DNA of 64,000 nucleotides from an uncultured delta proteobacterium. GTDB lineage: Bacteria > Desulfobacterota > Desulfobacteria > Desulfobacterales > SG8-13. The notes beneath the pieces are model-generated. The model was not told where the DNA came from, made no database searches, and saw only the letters and a program-made list of their open reading frames with translations. The DNA is taken from NCBI GenBank assembly GCA_963848135.1, contig CAWKCK010000017.1, positions 995,507-1,059,506 of the forward strand, read 5' to 3'. Below are positions 1-8,993 of this stretch, piece after piece (within the stretch, counting starts at the first letter, position 1; each line of letters starts with the position of its first letter). The position numbers were made by a program, and so were the translations under genes.

Positions 1-436
1 CGAAGAAAAAATGGAACCCTACACCCGCTATGTGTCTGACCTTATTCTCAAGCTCCACCGCTTGCGCCCGGCTAACCGGATTTTCTTCGACCCCAACGAA
101 GTCCCGCCGAAATACAATCCGAAAAAGTTCGAACTCCTCCCCCTGGCCTATATCAGGGGAATGAACATCGAAAACGCCGTGGTAATTATTGACGAAATGC
201 AGAACATGTCCCGCAGTGAATGCCGATCGCTCCTATCCAGGATGGGTGAAGGGGTCAAATGCATCGGCCTGGGAGATATCCACCAGGTGGATAACCCCTA
301 TCTAAACCAGGACAACAATGGAATGAACTGGGTGGTAAACAAGTTTAAGGGGAGTAAAATCTACGCCCACATGGTATTGAAGGGAGACAAATCGCGGGGC
401 CCAATAACTGATCTGGTGATACGTTCCGGTCTATAG
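1..436 (+). CDS. PhoH-family ATPase, C-terminal part (gene starts before the window)
   Basis: PLAYIRGMNI...VIIDEMQN...SRMGEG..GDIHQVDNPYL match PhoH-family motifs. Confidence 0.85.
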   Translation, partial: EEKMEPYTRYVSDLILKLHRLRPANRIFFDPNEVPPKYNPKKFELLPLAYIRGMNIENAVVIIDEMQNMSRSECRSLLSRMGEGVKCIGLGDIHQVDNPYLNQDNNGMNWVVNKFKGSKIYAHMVLKGDKSRGPITDLVIRSGL

Positions 437-450
437 CCCGAATATTTCAT
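434..450. repeat. Isolated terminus of MITE family C (TAGCCCGAATATTTCAT) overlapping the phoH stop
   Basis: Matches the ends of the elements at 12607-12872 and 61070-61141. Confidence 0.5.
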
Positions 451-596
451 AAACATTTTTCACTGTGCAAACGAAACGCGTGGAATAAGCATATCGGTTT
501 ATAATATACAAAAGGGTTAAGAATTAAAATTTGACAATACCAAAGACATAATTATCGTTTGCTTTCACAATGTTGAAATCAAGACGGGAGCAAATT

Positions 597-770
597 ATGG
601 AATTTACCTGTTACAAAAAAGAATGCCCTTTCGAAGGTAAGGGATCATATATACTAACGATTCCATCGGAAGCGTGTGTTGATGAACACAACTGTGCAAC
701 GTTTTTTTGCCCACACTGCAATAGTGAATTAATAAAAATGGAACCAAATGGAAATAATGTGACTCAATGA
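597..770 (+). CDS. Small Cys-rich, zinc-ribbon-like protein (57 aa)
   Basis: GGGAG RBS at 586-590, ATG at 597, CxxxxC...CPHC; TTGACA at 531-536 upstream. Confidence 0.6.
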   Translation: MEFTCYKKECPFEGKGSYILTIPSEACVDEHNCATFFCPHCNSELIKMEPNGNNVTQ

Positions 771-851
771 GAGGTCTACATCCGCTTGCCTTTCCAACGG
801 GGCAGTTGCAGCCATTGGGACGTTACAAAGAGATGACATTTTTTCAAGGTA

Positions 852-910
852 TTTCGTCGGATTTTACCTTGTCTTGCCGGTGCTCATGACGTTTTTCAAC
901 ACCCTGTTAA
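852..910 (-). repeat. Partial copy of MITE family A
   Basis: Near-identical to the reverse complement of 24199-24257; ends GTTTTTCAACACCCTGTTAA. Confidence 0.8.
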
Positions 911-948
911 ACTTGTTACCCTTTTTGCAAGAATTCCCATTGCCGACC

Positions 949-1617
949 CTACTTCGCCACCATGGCCCGCATCATGTCACCGGCATTTTCAGCGTGATCC
1001 GCTATTGCCCCGATGGTTTCAGCCAAGCGGACCATATGAAAAATGGTGACCGGATCCAAATCTGAATTGAACATCCTTCGTTTGAGTTGATCTTCCAGTT
1101 GATCCGCTTCATGTTCGTGCTTGCGTAAGTTTCGTATAATATCCTTGACCACCACCCGCTGTTTTTCCGAGAAATTCTGAAAGAACGTCCGTGCTTCACT
1201 CACCATGGTGCTCAGCTCTTCAATCGGTTCGATCACCGCATCCACCAGGAGAGCAAAATCTTTCTGGAAATCTTCCGGAATCCCGGGTTCGTCGCGATAG
1301 GAAATCCAATCCAGGGTTTCTTCGACAGAATCAAGCACACGGTCCTGTTCTCGCAGGTAGCGGAAGAGCTGAAACTTGTCCATCTGCAGCAGGGTGCCCT
1401 TGGGCAGGTGCCCCCGGATCCGTCTTTTGACGGCGTCGGCGTCGTGTTCGAGCCGGTGTACGTCCTGCCGGAACTCCTCGAATCTCGTGCAGTCTTTGGA
1501 TACGTGGCACTCGATGGCTTGCTGAAAGATCCAGGTGCACTCTTTGATAATCTCGGCGTGCTCATGCAGACCATCAAAGGGCGAGGTTATGAACATGGAA
1601 ATAAATGGTATCCGCAT
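949..1617 (-). CDS. DUF47 / PhoU-like phosphate transport regulator
   Basis: LEHDADAVKRRIR and EHEADQLE...IADHAENAGD repeats; directly downstream of PiT. Confidence 0.9.
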   Translation of the reverse strand: MRIPFISMFITSPFDGLHEHAEIIKECTWIFQQAIECHVSKDCTRFEEFRQDVHRLEHDADAVKRRIRGHLPKGTLLQMDKFQLFRYLREQDRVLDSVEETLDWISYRDEPGIPEDFQKDFALLVDAVIEPIEELSTMVSEARTFFQNFSEKQRVVVKDIIRNLRKHEHEADQLEDQLKRRMFNSDLDPVTIFHMVRLAETIGAIADHAENAGDMMRAMVAK

Positions 1618-1631
1618 AAGCCTGATCTCCT

Positions 1632-2858
1632 TTACAAAAAATACTCCAGAATCTTGAAGATAATGACACTGGTAATCGCTGCTGCTGGAACGGTCAGCAC
1701 CCAGTAGATGACGATTTGAAATATAATGCGGAAATTGACCGCCTCCAAGCCGCGGGCCAGTCCGACACCCATGACACCCCCCACAGCCGCGTGGGTGGTC
1801 GAGACCGGCAACCCCAGTTTGGACGCGACCAGCACCGTGGTGGCAGCTGCAAATTCGACTGAGAAACCGCGGGTATTGGTCAGGGTGGTAATTTTGGTGC
1901 CGATGGTCTCCATGACGCGGTGGCCGGCCATCCCGATGCCGCAGGCGATGCCGACACCGCCGAAAAGGAGAAGGAATGTCGGCACCGGGACCTGGGTCCC
2001 GATTCCACCGGTCTTGACTAGAAAATAGATTACCGCCAGAGGACCGATGGCATTGGCCACGTCATTGGCCCCCTGGGCCAGGGCTACGTAACAGGCAGTG
2101 GCAATCTGGATTCTTTTAAAAATAACCTCTTCTCCATGCGGACCTTTGGGTCGGATGAGGCGTTTCAGCATCTTCTTTCCGGCCATCCCAATAATGGCGG
2201 CAATCAATATGGCCAGCAGCAGCGCACTGGGAGTTCCCAAAGACAATTTTTTGCCCAGGGGTGTTTTGAACAGGAATGAGAGCACCATTACAAATGCCGT
2301 CGTACCAACAAACCACGGTGAAAGACGCAGGGCCCGGTCAAAAGGATCACTTCGTACCAAAATCAACTTGACGATGAGTTTGAAAATAAGAAACCCCATC
2401 GCCAAACTGAATACCGGTGAAATGATCCAGCTCAGGACGACGGCCCCAAGTTGGCCCCAATTTATGACCGAAAAACCGCCAGCCATGATACCAAACCCGA
2501 TCATGGCCCCGACAATGGAATGGGTAGTTGAAACCGGCAGGGAACGCCATGTGGCAAAAGATACCCACAAGGCCGCGGCCAGCAGAGCGGAGAGCGCTCC
2601 GATCAACGCCAGATGAGGATCGGTTAAGACATCGGTCGATACGATGCCTTTGCGTATAGTATCCGTAACGTGCGATCCGATAAAAACGGCACCAACTACG
2701 TTTAATATGCCGGCTATGAATAAAGCCTGGCGAATGGTGATCGCCTTGGCGCCCACGGCTGAGGCCATTGAATTGGCGACATCGTTGGCGCCGATGTTCC
2801 AGGCCATGTAAAAACCGAATATATACCCGATAATCAGGACGGTGTATTCAGAGGTCAT
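1632..2858 (-). CDS. Inorganic phosphate transporter, PiT family
   Basis: Two GANDVAN signatures, two PVSTTH motifs, multiple TM helices. Confidence 0.95.
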   Translation of the reverse strand: MTSEYTVLIIGYIFGFYMAWNIGANDVANSMASAVGAKAITIRQALFIAGILNVVGAVFIGSHVTDTIRKGIVSTDVLTDPHLALIGALSALLAAALWVSFATWRSLPVSTTHSIVGAMIGFGIMAGGFSVINWGQLGAVVLSWIISPVFSLAMGFLIFKLIVKLILVRSDPFDRALRLSPWFVGTTAFVMVLSFLFKTPLGKKLSLGTPSALLLAILIAAIIGMAGKKMLKRLIRPKGPHGEEVIFKRIQIATACYVALAQGANDVANAIGPLAVIYFLVKTGGIGTQVPVPTFLLLFGGVGIACGIGMAGHRVMETIGTKITTLTNTRGFSVEFAAATTVLVASKLGLPVSTTHAAVGGVMGVGLARGLEAVNFRIIFQIVIYWVLTVPAAAITSVIIFKILEYFL

Positions 2859-3017
2859 CGTGCTTCAAATGTAAAATATTATTTGGTTTGGTAATTTGAC
2901 GGGCAATTTCTGAAAATCCGACTGTTTCCCGGATTTGAGTTCTGAGAAATCCGCTACCAAATTCCGGCCAGCTTCTATCTGAACCATTCAGGCTGGATAA
3001 CAGATTTCCTTATCGTT

Positions 3018-3061
3018 CGTTAAGGAATTGTCAGGTATTCATGAGAATACTGTTCGGAAAG
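3018..3061 (-). promoter_or_regulatory. Pho-box-like array upstream of the PiT gene
   Basis: GTTA/GTCA/ATGA/GTTC cores at 3019, 3030, 3041, 3052 (11-bp period). Confidence 0.5.
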
Positions 3062-3238
3062 ACTGGCGACCTATAGCATGAAGGTTCTGTTTTATCAACG
3101 GTTAACTGGGAATAACCGGGTGAGTGGATATTTGAGGTTTTGTTGTCAAACTCGAATAGAGCGCTCGAGGGGAGGGCAGGGTTTTCCGAATACCTGGTAC
3201 CAATCCAAATTTGGATGATAGCCCATTGAGAGTTTCAA

Positions 3239-5038
3239 TTATGAATGGGACACGATCTCATTTTGTTGGCGCGGCAATTGGATAATAAAAGTACTCCCCT
3301 GCCCCAAAGTACTTTCAACACTGATGTGGCCGCCGTGGGCTTGAACGATGTGCTTGACGATGGCCAGGCCGAGGCCAGTACCGCCCAATTTACGGCTGCG
3401 AGCCTTGTCGACCCGGTAGAACCTTTCGAAAAGTCGAGGCAAATGCTTCTGGGGGATACCAGCGCCCCGGTCGGTAATTTTTATGTTGACTTCCTTTGCT
3501 TGGCTCTCGGCGGCAATACTGACCCGACTTCCCTGGTCACTGTATTTGATGGCATTATCGATCAGGTTGACAAGGGCCTGTTCCAGCAAGGTTGCATCCA
3601 AGCTGGCCATGATGTCATCCGCAACATCGAGATCGATGGTGATGTTCTTGGCCGCCGCTTTCGGTTGACAGATTTGAACGGCCGTTTGGATGACGTCCCT
3701 GATCCGATTTTCAGCCAAGTGTATGCCCGTATTGCCGTTTTCCTGTTCCATGCGCGAAAGTACCAGCAAATCCTCGAGAATGGCGTTGAGCCGGTTGACG
3801 TGTTTGAGGATGATACCCAAGAATCGATCCTGCTCCTGCAGGCTTTGCCCTGTTCCCTGTTGAAGAGTCTCCACAAACCCTTTGATGGCTGTCAGGGGGG
3901 TTTTGATTTCGTGGGACACGTTGGCCACGAAATCGCTCCTGACATTCTCCAGATGACGAAGACGGGTGACATCATTGAATACCAGTAGCGTCCCGATCTG
4001 CTGGTTGCCCGCATCATAGAGTGGCGAGCTGTGAACGTTGAGAACACTCTCTTCTCCTCGATAAAGGACAAAGTCGTCTTCTATGGTTTCGATTGTCTTG
4101 AGGGCGCGAAGAGCAAACCGCTGAAGGGCAAGGTTACGGATCACCTCCTGGAGGTTACGCCCCGACACTTGCAGTGGATCACAGTCAAACATCCAACCGG
4201 CGGCAGGATTCATGCTAATAATACGCTCATTGAGATCGACGGCGACCACACCCTCGAGCATGCTGGAAAGCACGGCTTCGAGTTCATTACGCTGCTGGAG
4301 CACGGTCTTCATCCGGTTGTCCAGTTGAACGGCCATGCGATTCATGGCTTCGGCCAGACCGGCCATTTCTTCTGTATCCGGCACCGGAAGACGATGCGAA
4401 AGATCTCCCTCGAAAAAGCGAACGGCGCCCTGCCTTATTTTTTCAATCGGTTGACTGATGCGACGTGCAACCACCAGACTCACAAAAGCCGCCAATGCAG
4501 CAATCACCAGGCCACCAAATGCGATTTGCAACTGCACCGAATGCAGGGTCTGATCAAGTGAGGCAACCGATACGGCGGTACGGAGGACAGCTTCGACCCG
4601 CTGATCCTCTATCAACGGAACAGCCACATACATCATTTTCTGATGCAGGGTGCCACTAAAGCGAACAGATCGCGACACCGCACCGGCCAAGGCACCGGCA
4701 ACTTCTTCCCGCTCGGCATGGTTGTCCATAAACCGGGGCGTTTCTCTGGAATCACCAATGACTTTGCCGTCAGGCAAAATAGCGGTGATTCGTGTGGCGG
4801 AAGCTTTCCCGGTCTCTTTGCAAATGACATCGACAGCGACAGAATCGAGAGGGTTGAGCAAACCGGCAATCTGCTTTTGGGTTAGGTAGGCCCGGGCTTC
4901 GAGATCCCTGGCGGTCTGGTCGAGATAAAATCGTGCCAGCAAATCGGATGCATACCAGGTAACGGCGACAACAGACAATATCGTGATGATCAGATAGGGC
5001 GGATAGAGCTGCCATATCAACCGCCGTCTGCGTTTCAT
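3239..5038 (-). CDS. phoR: Phosphate regulon sensor histidine kinase (HAMP, PAS, HisKA, HATPase)
   Basis: FVANVSHEIKTPLT H-box, NAIKY, LFERFYRVDKARSR, GGTGLGLAIVKH; phosphate gene context. Confidence 0.85.
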   Translation of the reverse strand: MKRRRRLIWQLYPPYLIITILSVVAVTWYASDLLARFYLDQTARDLEARAYLTQKQIAGLLNPLDSVAVDVICKETGKASATRITAILPDGKVIGDSRETPRFMDNHAEREEVAGALAGAVSRSVRFSGTLHQKMMYVAVPLIEDQRVEAVLRTAVSVASLDQTLHSVQLQIAFGGLVIAALAAFVSLVVARRISQPIEKIRQGAVRFFEGDLSHRLPVPDTEEMAGLAEAMNRMAVQLDNRMKTVLQQRNELEAVLSSMLEGVVAVDLNERIISMNPAAGWMFDCDPLQVSGRNLQEVIRNLALQRFALRALKTIETIEDDFVLYRGEESVLNVHSSPLYDAGNQQIGTLLVFNDVTRLRHLENVRSDFVANVSHEIKTPLTAIKGFVETLQQGTGQSLQEQDRFLGIILKHVNRLNAILEDLLVLSRMEQENGNTGIHLAENRIRDVIQTAVQICQPKAAAKNITIDLDVADDIMASLDATLLEQALVNLIDNAIKYSDQGSRVSIAAESQAKEVNIKITDRGAGIPQKHLPRLFERFYRVDKARSRKLGGTGLGLAIVKHIVQAHGGHISVESTLGQGSTFIIQLPRQQNEIVSHS

Positions 5039-5727
5039 TCTTTCTCCCTGAAACGGTACCCGACACCGCGAACCGTCTCTATGTATTCGCCGTGGTTACC
5101 GAGCTTTTTTCGAAGGCCGACGATTTGGACATCGACACTGCGGTCGGTTACGGGATAGTCGTCGCCACGAACGGCATCGACGATTTGGGAGCGGGTAAAA
5201 ACCCATCCCGGTCTGCGGGCCAGGTTCCAGAGAACCTGGAATTCAGTGTAAGTCAACTCAACTGACTGATTATCAACCATAACACTCCGTTTTCCGGGAT
5301 CGATGTTAAAACCGTGAATCCGGATAATTGTGGTGTCGTCTTCGGGATCGGCTGTTTTGCGACGCAACACCGCTCGCACGCGTGCGGTCAGAATTCGGGG
5401 GCTGAACGGCTTGGTGATGTAATCGTCCGCGCCGAGTTCCAAACCGGCAACGACATCCGACTCCTCGCCCTTGGCCGTCAGCATGACCACCGGCACACTG
5501 CGGGTCTTTGGATTGTCTTTGAGTTTGCGTGTCACCTCGAGCCCGTCGATGCCCGGAAGCATCAGGTCGAGAATGATCAGATCAAATGTCTCCGCTCGGG
5601 CCTTTTTCAGGGCATCTTCTCCGGTCAGTGCGCAAGTGATTTTATAACCGTCCTTATTGAGATTATAGCGCACCAACTCTAGAATGTCTTCTTCATCATC
5701 GACCACGAGAATCGTTTCTTTTGCCAT
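5035..5727 (-). CDS. phoB: PhoB/PhoP (OmpR-family) response regulator
   Basis: VVDDE, LDLMLPG, GADDYITKPFS, RSVDVQI, IETVRGVGY; overlaps the phoR start. Confidence 0.85.
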   Translation of the reverse strand: MAKETILVVDDEEDILELVRYNLNKDGYKITCALTGEDALKKARAETFDLIILDLMLPGIDGLEVTRKLKDNPKTRSVPVVMLTAKGEESDVVAGLELGADDYITKPFSPRILTARVRAVLRRKTADPEDDTTIIRIHGFNIDPGKRSVMVDNQSVELTYTEFQVLWNLARRPGWVFTRSQIVDAVRGDDYPVTDRSVDVQIVGLRKKLGNHGEYIETVRGVGYRFREKE

Positions 5728-5809
5728 GTCAATCTATCCTGGTTGATTTACCAGAAAGGCACCAAATATTAGAATCATACAAAGTCGTGGATGCAGGATC
5801 TACAACAAG

Positions 5810-5842
5810 ATTGTTAAATTAAAGTTAGCGCCAAGTTAGAAT
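5810..5842 (-). promoter_or_regulatory. Pho-box-like array upstream of phoB (possible autoregulation)
   Basis: GTTA at 5813, 5824, 5835 (11-bp period); includes TTAACA on the minus strand. Confidence 0.55.
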
Positions 5843-5918
5843 CGTATTGCGGATAGATCCATTAATTTAATATTTCCGATGGTTAACGACAACCGGCCAT
5901 CCAAACGGCCCGTTTCAC

Positions 5919-7577
5919 CTAATCACTATTTTCCAAACCACCCTGCAGCTGTCGCCGGCATGCGATTGCAAAATCTTCCGGATAGTGCCCGCAGATCCAG
6001 CGCATCTGGGCTTCGCTGAAGGCCCCGGGCGACTCGGGGAGGCGCGGTAGAAACGCGTAAAGAAGCCGTTGATCGCTATCTTCCTCGTCAAATCGCTTGG
6101 CATACTCGATGACGGTAACCATCCTGGCACCCAGGGATGACAGAATTTTCATGGCGATCAACATGGCTCGATCCAGGGCCGCACGCGTGAACCTGTCGGC
6201 TTCTATGATGTTACCGACAGCGTCTTTTACCACCAACTGGAGCTCCCACTGGGAAGTCTGGGCCTTGGGTACGAAAAGCATGACCTGGTCATCTTCGGAG
6301 ACGATCAGGCTGTTTTCCAAATCCCGGCGCCCATCCAGGCGCTGATTGCTGCGAATCGCCGTCAAGTAGGCGTCGAAAAACGGCCGGCCCGCATTGAGCC
6401 GGTATTGCGCAGTAAATTCTTGAATCATATCGCCGCAGCAGAAAGTGTTCAGTGTTCCCTCGTTGGATTCGCCGGTGGTGCCGGATGTCATTTTCCGCGG
6501 TACCAAGGCATACTGCTGGTGCGCTTGCTGGTGAGACGCATGCAGGCGGTAGCCGCTGGGAGAATAGTCAAACCCGAAGTTCCAGCCCCAAAGGGTGCCG
6601 TTGAACCGGAGCTGTGATGCTCTGCCCGGGGTATCGAGTGCCTTTCGGATCTTTCGGCGCAATTCTTCCAGTTTCTCTGGATTCACAAACGTGCGGGCCG
6701 GCGGGGGATGCATCCCCAGTTCGTGGGCCACGCGTACGTAGGTCCGCTGGTAATACAAGTGGCGCATCCCGGCGATATCGGTTGCGCTCAGATCGTCCAG
6801 CCGATAGCGAATGGCATCATCGGCCATATTGGCGGCAAAGTGTCCCCATGGGATATAACTGTTGCGACGCAGATACTCGAACACATGGCTGCCGCCGAAG
6901 GCCTGATCCTGAGAATCACCGACAATCTCACTGCCGCCCTGAGCACCGGGACGCAGCACCATCACGCTCTTGTAGTCATCTGGCAAAAGGGCATTGTTGG
7001 CCAAAGCCTCAAACAAGGGCATGTTTGTGATGATCGCCCGGGGATGACCATTATCATCGATTCTATATTCCAATCCGACCGGCCGGCCGGATTTTGGATC
7101 ACGAACAAAATCACAGCACTGTTCTGCCAAGCATCTGAGGTCCTCAGGGTCGGTGGACGTCGTGGCCAGCGCCAATTTCAGAGCATCTGGGAGCGAGCAT
7201 AGCATCCGGGTAAACCGGTTTTCCGGCAATGCAATCCCGCCACACCATTCTTTGATAAATTCAGAGAAAGAACACGCCTGCAGGCTGGGTAGCTTGATAA
7301 CCGTTGGGTCAGCGGCTTTGACCTCTGCCCATCTTTTGAGGATATAGGTCACCCCGCGGAAGGCAAACGGATTGGGGATTTCATAGATGACCTCCGTCTC
7401 TCGTTCCTCGATATCACCGGGTGGGAAATTGATATGATTGTCTACCGGACGGGATTCCCTATCAGCACCGAGCGATTGTATATGTTCACCGGACCTTAGA
7501 TTCCTGACAGAATAGGATGGTTTGTGAATTCCATATACAAACCGGCCGGATGGTGCGACGCAACTCCTCGGTATCAT
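5919..7577 (-). CDS. Hypothetical protein with a GalT/HIT-like nucleotidyltransferase C-terminal region
   Basis: 552-aa ORF; WNFG...HASHQQAHQQ resembles the GalT GxSxxHPHxQ site; IVSEDDQVMLFVPKAQTSQWELQL resembles the second GalT domain. Confidence 0.6.
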   Translation of the reverse strand: MIPRSCVAPSGRFVYGIHKPSYSVRNLRSGEHIQSLGADRESRPVDNHINFPPGDIEERETEVIYEIPNPFAFRGVTYILKRWAEVKAADPTVIKLPSLQACSFSEFIKEWCGGIALPENRFTRMLCSLPDALKLALATTSTDPEDLRCLAEQCCDFVRDPKSGRPVGLEYRIDDNGHPRAIITNMPLFEALANNALLPDDYKSVMVLRPGAQGGSEIVGDSQDQAFGGSHVFEYLRRNSYIPWGHFAANMADDAIRYRLDDLSATDIAGMRHLYYQRTYVRVAHELGMHPPPARTFVNPEKLEELRRKIRKALDTPGRASQLRFNGTLWGWNFGFDYSPSGYRLHASHQQAHQQYALVPRKMTSGTTGESNEGTLNTFCCGDMIQEFTAQYRLNAGRPFFDAYLTAIRSNQRLDGRRDLENSLIVSEDDQVMLFVPKAQTSQWELQLVVKDAVGNIIEADRFTRAALDRAMLIAMKILSSLGARMVTVIEYAKRFDEEDSDQRLLYAFLPRLPESPGAFSEAQMRWICGHYPEDFAIACRRQLQGGLENSD

Positions 7578-7799
7578 ATCTTAATCTTCCTCCACCTTCT
7601 TCACTGATCAACCCCTGTTCGATTCGTCTCATTATAGCCGAGCGCATGTCAATGGAATATTCAAAATCAACGCTCAAATTAGGTAAAACCTTCACAGGTG
7701 GTAAATCAATAGAAAAATTCGAGTGAATTTGAGAATGGGAGGAAAGTCCGAAGATATGTCTGAAAGGGGTGTTAATTCTGGGAAGAGTTCAGAAGCGGT

Positions 7800-8030
7800 T
7801 TAACCGTCCTCTTCGCTCATTTGTTCTTGACCTTGATAGAGTTCCTGGTACGCGTCTCTTCTTTCCAGATCTTTACGGATACGCATCAACAGTGCTGTTC
7901 GACGATCCGTGCCGCTTCTGCGATACCGTTGCCAACGGCGCTCAGGAAATCGATAGGCAGACGAGCGCTTGCGCCTGTCCGCCAACCGGCGCCGGCCGCC
8001 ATTGTCTGTCATGTCCGTTCGTCTCGCCAC
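7800..8030 (-). CDS. Small Arg-rich hypothetical protein with DRR/ERR repeats
   Basis: DNGGRR..DRR..ERR..RRSGTDRR pattern; start may be the second Met (MTDNGG). Confidence 0.6.
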   Translation of the reverse strand: MARRTDMTDNGGRRRLADRRKRSSAYRFPERRWQRYRRSGTDRRTALLMRIRKDLERRDAYQELYQGQEQMSEEDG

Positions 8031-8520
8031 CCTTGTTGCGCCCCTCTATCGACATGCCATGGTAACCAGTGCATGCCCGTTGTCACTGCCTTATCGTGAT
8101 GCTGCACGTTCAGCCTTGAAAAGTATGGTTCCCAATTGTTTCTGCGGCGTCCACGATCTGAAATCGAAATCCGTTTTGTAACCAAGCGTCAAGTTATGGG
8201 TAGTATAACATTAAACGGTGGTTAAGACCAGCACAGGATTATAATTCCTGGCTTATTTTATGCAAAAAACATGCAATCACCCGTAATTATATTAATATAA
8301 TAATTACAGCATAGTAAGATTGTATAGGTGTTTAAACAGACCTAAAATATGAAATTAATTACCCTATAAGTATGGTGTTTTCTTCTTTATCCCCCTCTCA
8401 ATTGCCCGAAAATAGTCGTCACGACAGGATAATACCTAAAATGAGCGTTTCAAATTTTAAATGGAGGGGGAACTGCTTTATTTATAAGGCATTCTATCAT
8501 AGTTTGATTCTAAAATTTGA

Positions 8521-8675
8521 AACCCTTTGGGTTTGCCGATCTTTATCCGCCTCTGGAGGGTTGCCGCATCAATAGTGTCATATGCCGTCCCACATAGCTG
8601 ATCCCGCCAGCGGCGGGACTGTACGACATCTTCCTTGTAGCTGCGGCAAATTCGACAATCGCTTAAATTAGGTAA
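8521..8675 (-). repeat. MITE family B copy carrying two inserted ~18-nt palindromes
   Basis: Aligns with the reverse complement of 10786-10913 (e.g. TTCCTTGTAgCTGCGGCAAA). Confidence 0.75.
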
Positions 8676-8723
8676 TAGACAGGTTAACGGTACAATTTGA
8701 CAAATATCTTTCCATTCTTAGTC

Positions 8724-8890
8724 TAGTGTCCATCCTAAATAGCCTTTTTTACGCCGGATCCTGCCATAGGCGGGATTATCCGCAGGTTTCCGGCTGCGAC
8801 TTACATACAGTACGCCTCACCGCAGATCCCGCCTTGGCGGGATGCGGCCCCCGTAAAACAACAACGGGATTTCGTGTCCATTTGAGGGCT
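8724..8890. repeat. Probable MITE-like element containing two ATCCYGCC..GGCGGGAT palindromes
   Basis: Palindromes at 8758-8776 and 8826-8843; element ends not well defined. Confidence 0.45.
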
Positions 8891-8993
8891 TAATTGTACT
8901 CAACTTGCCGGCGGCATAAATTCTCAATCATGGAAAATACTCTCATGGTAGCCACCTGCGACTCATGGAAGGGCACTCGCCTGATTTGTCGCC

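Noticed and set aside
2885..2962. Riboswitch in the pit leader
   Set aside because: An imperfect hairpin is present but matches no riboswitch consensus I know; more likely a decayed repeat
8257..8277. Sigma-54 promoter for the DRR-repeat gene
   Set aside because: The minus strand reads TTGCATGTTTTTTGCA and lacks the invariant GG at -24
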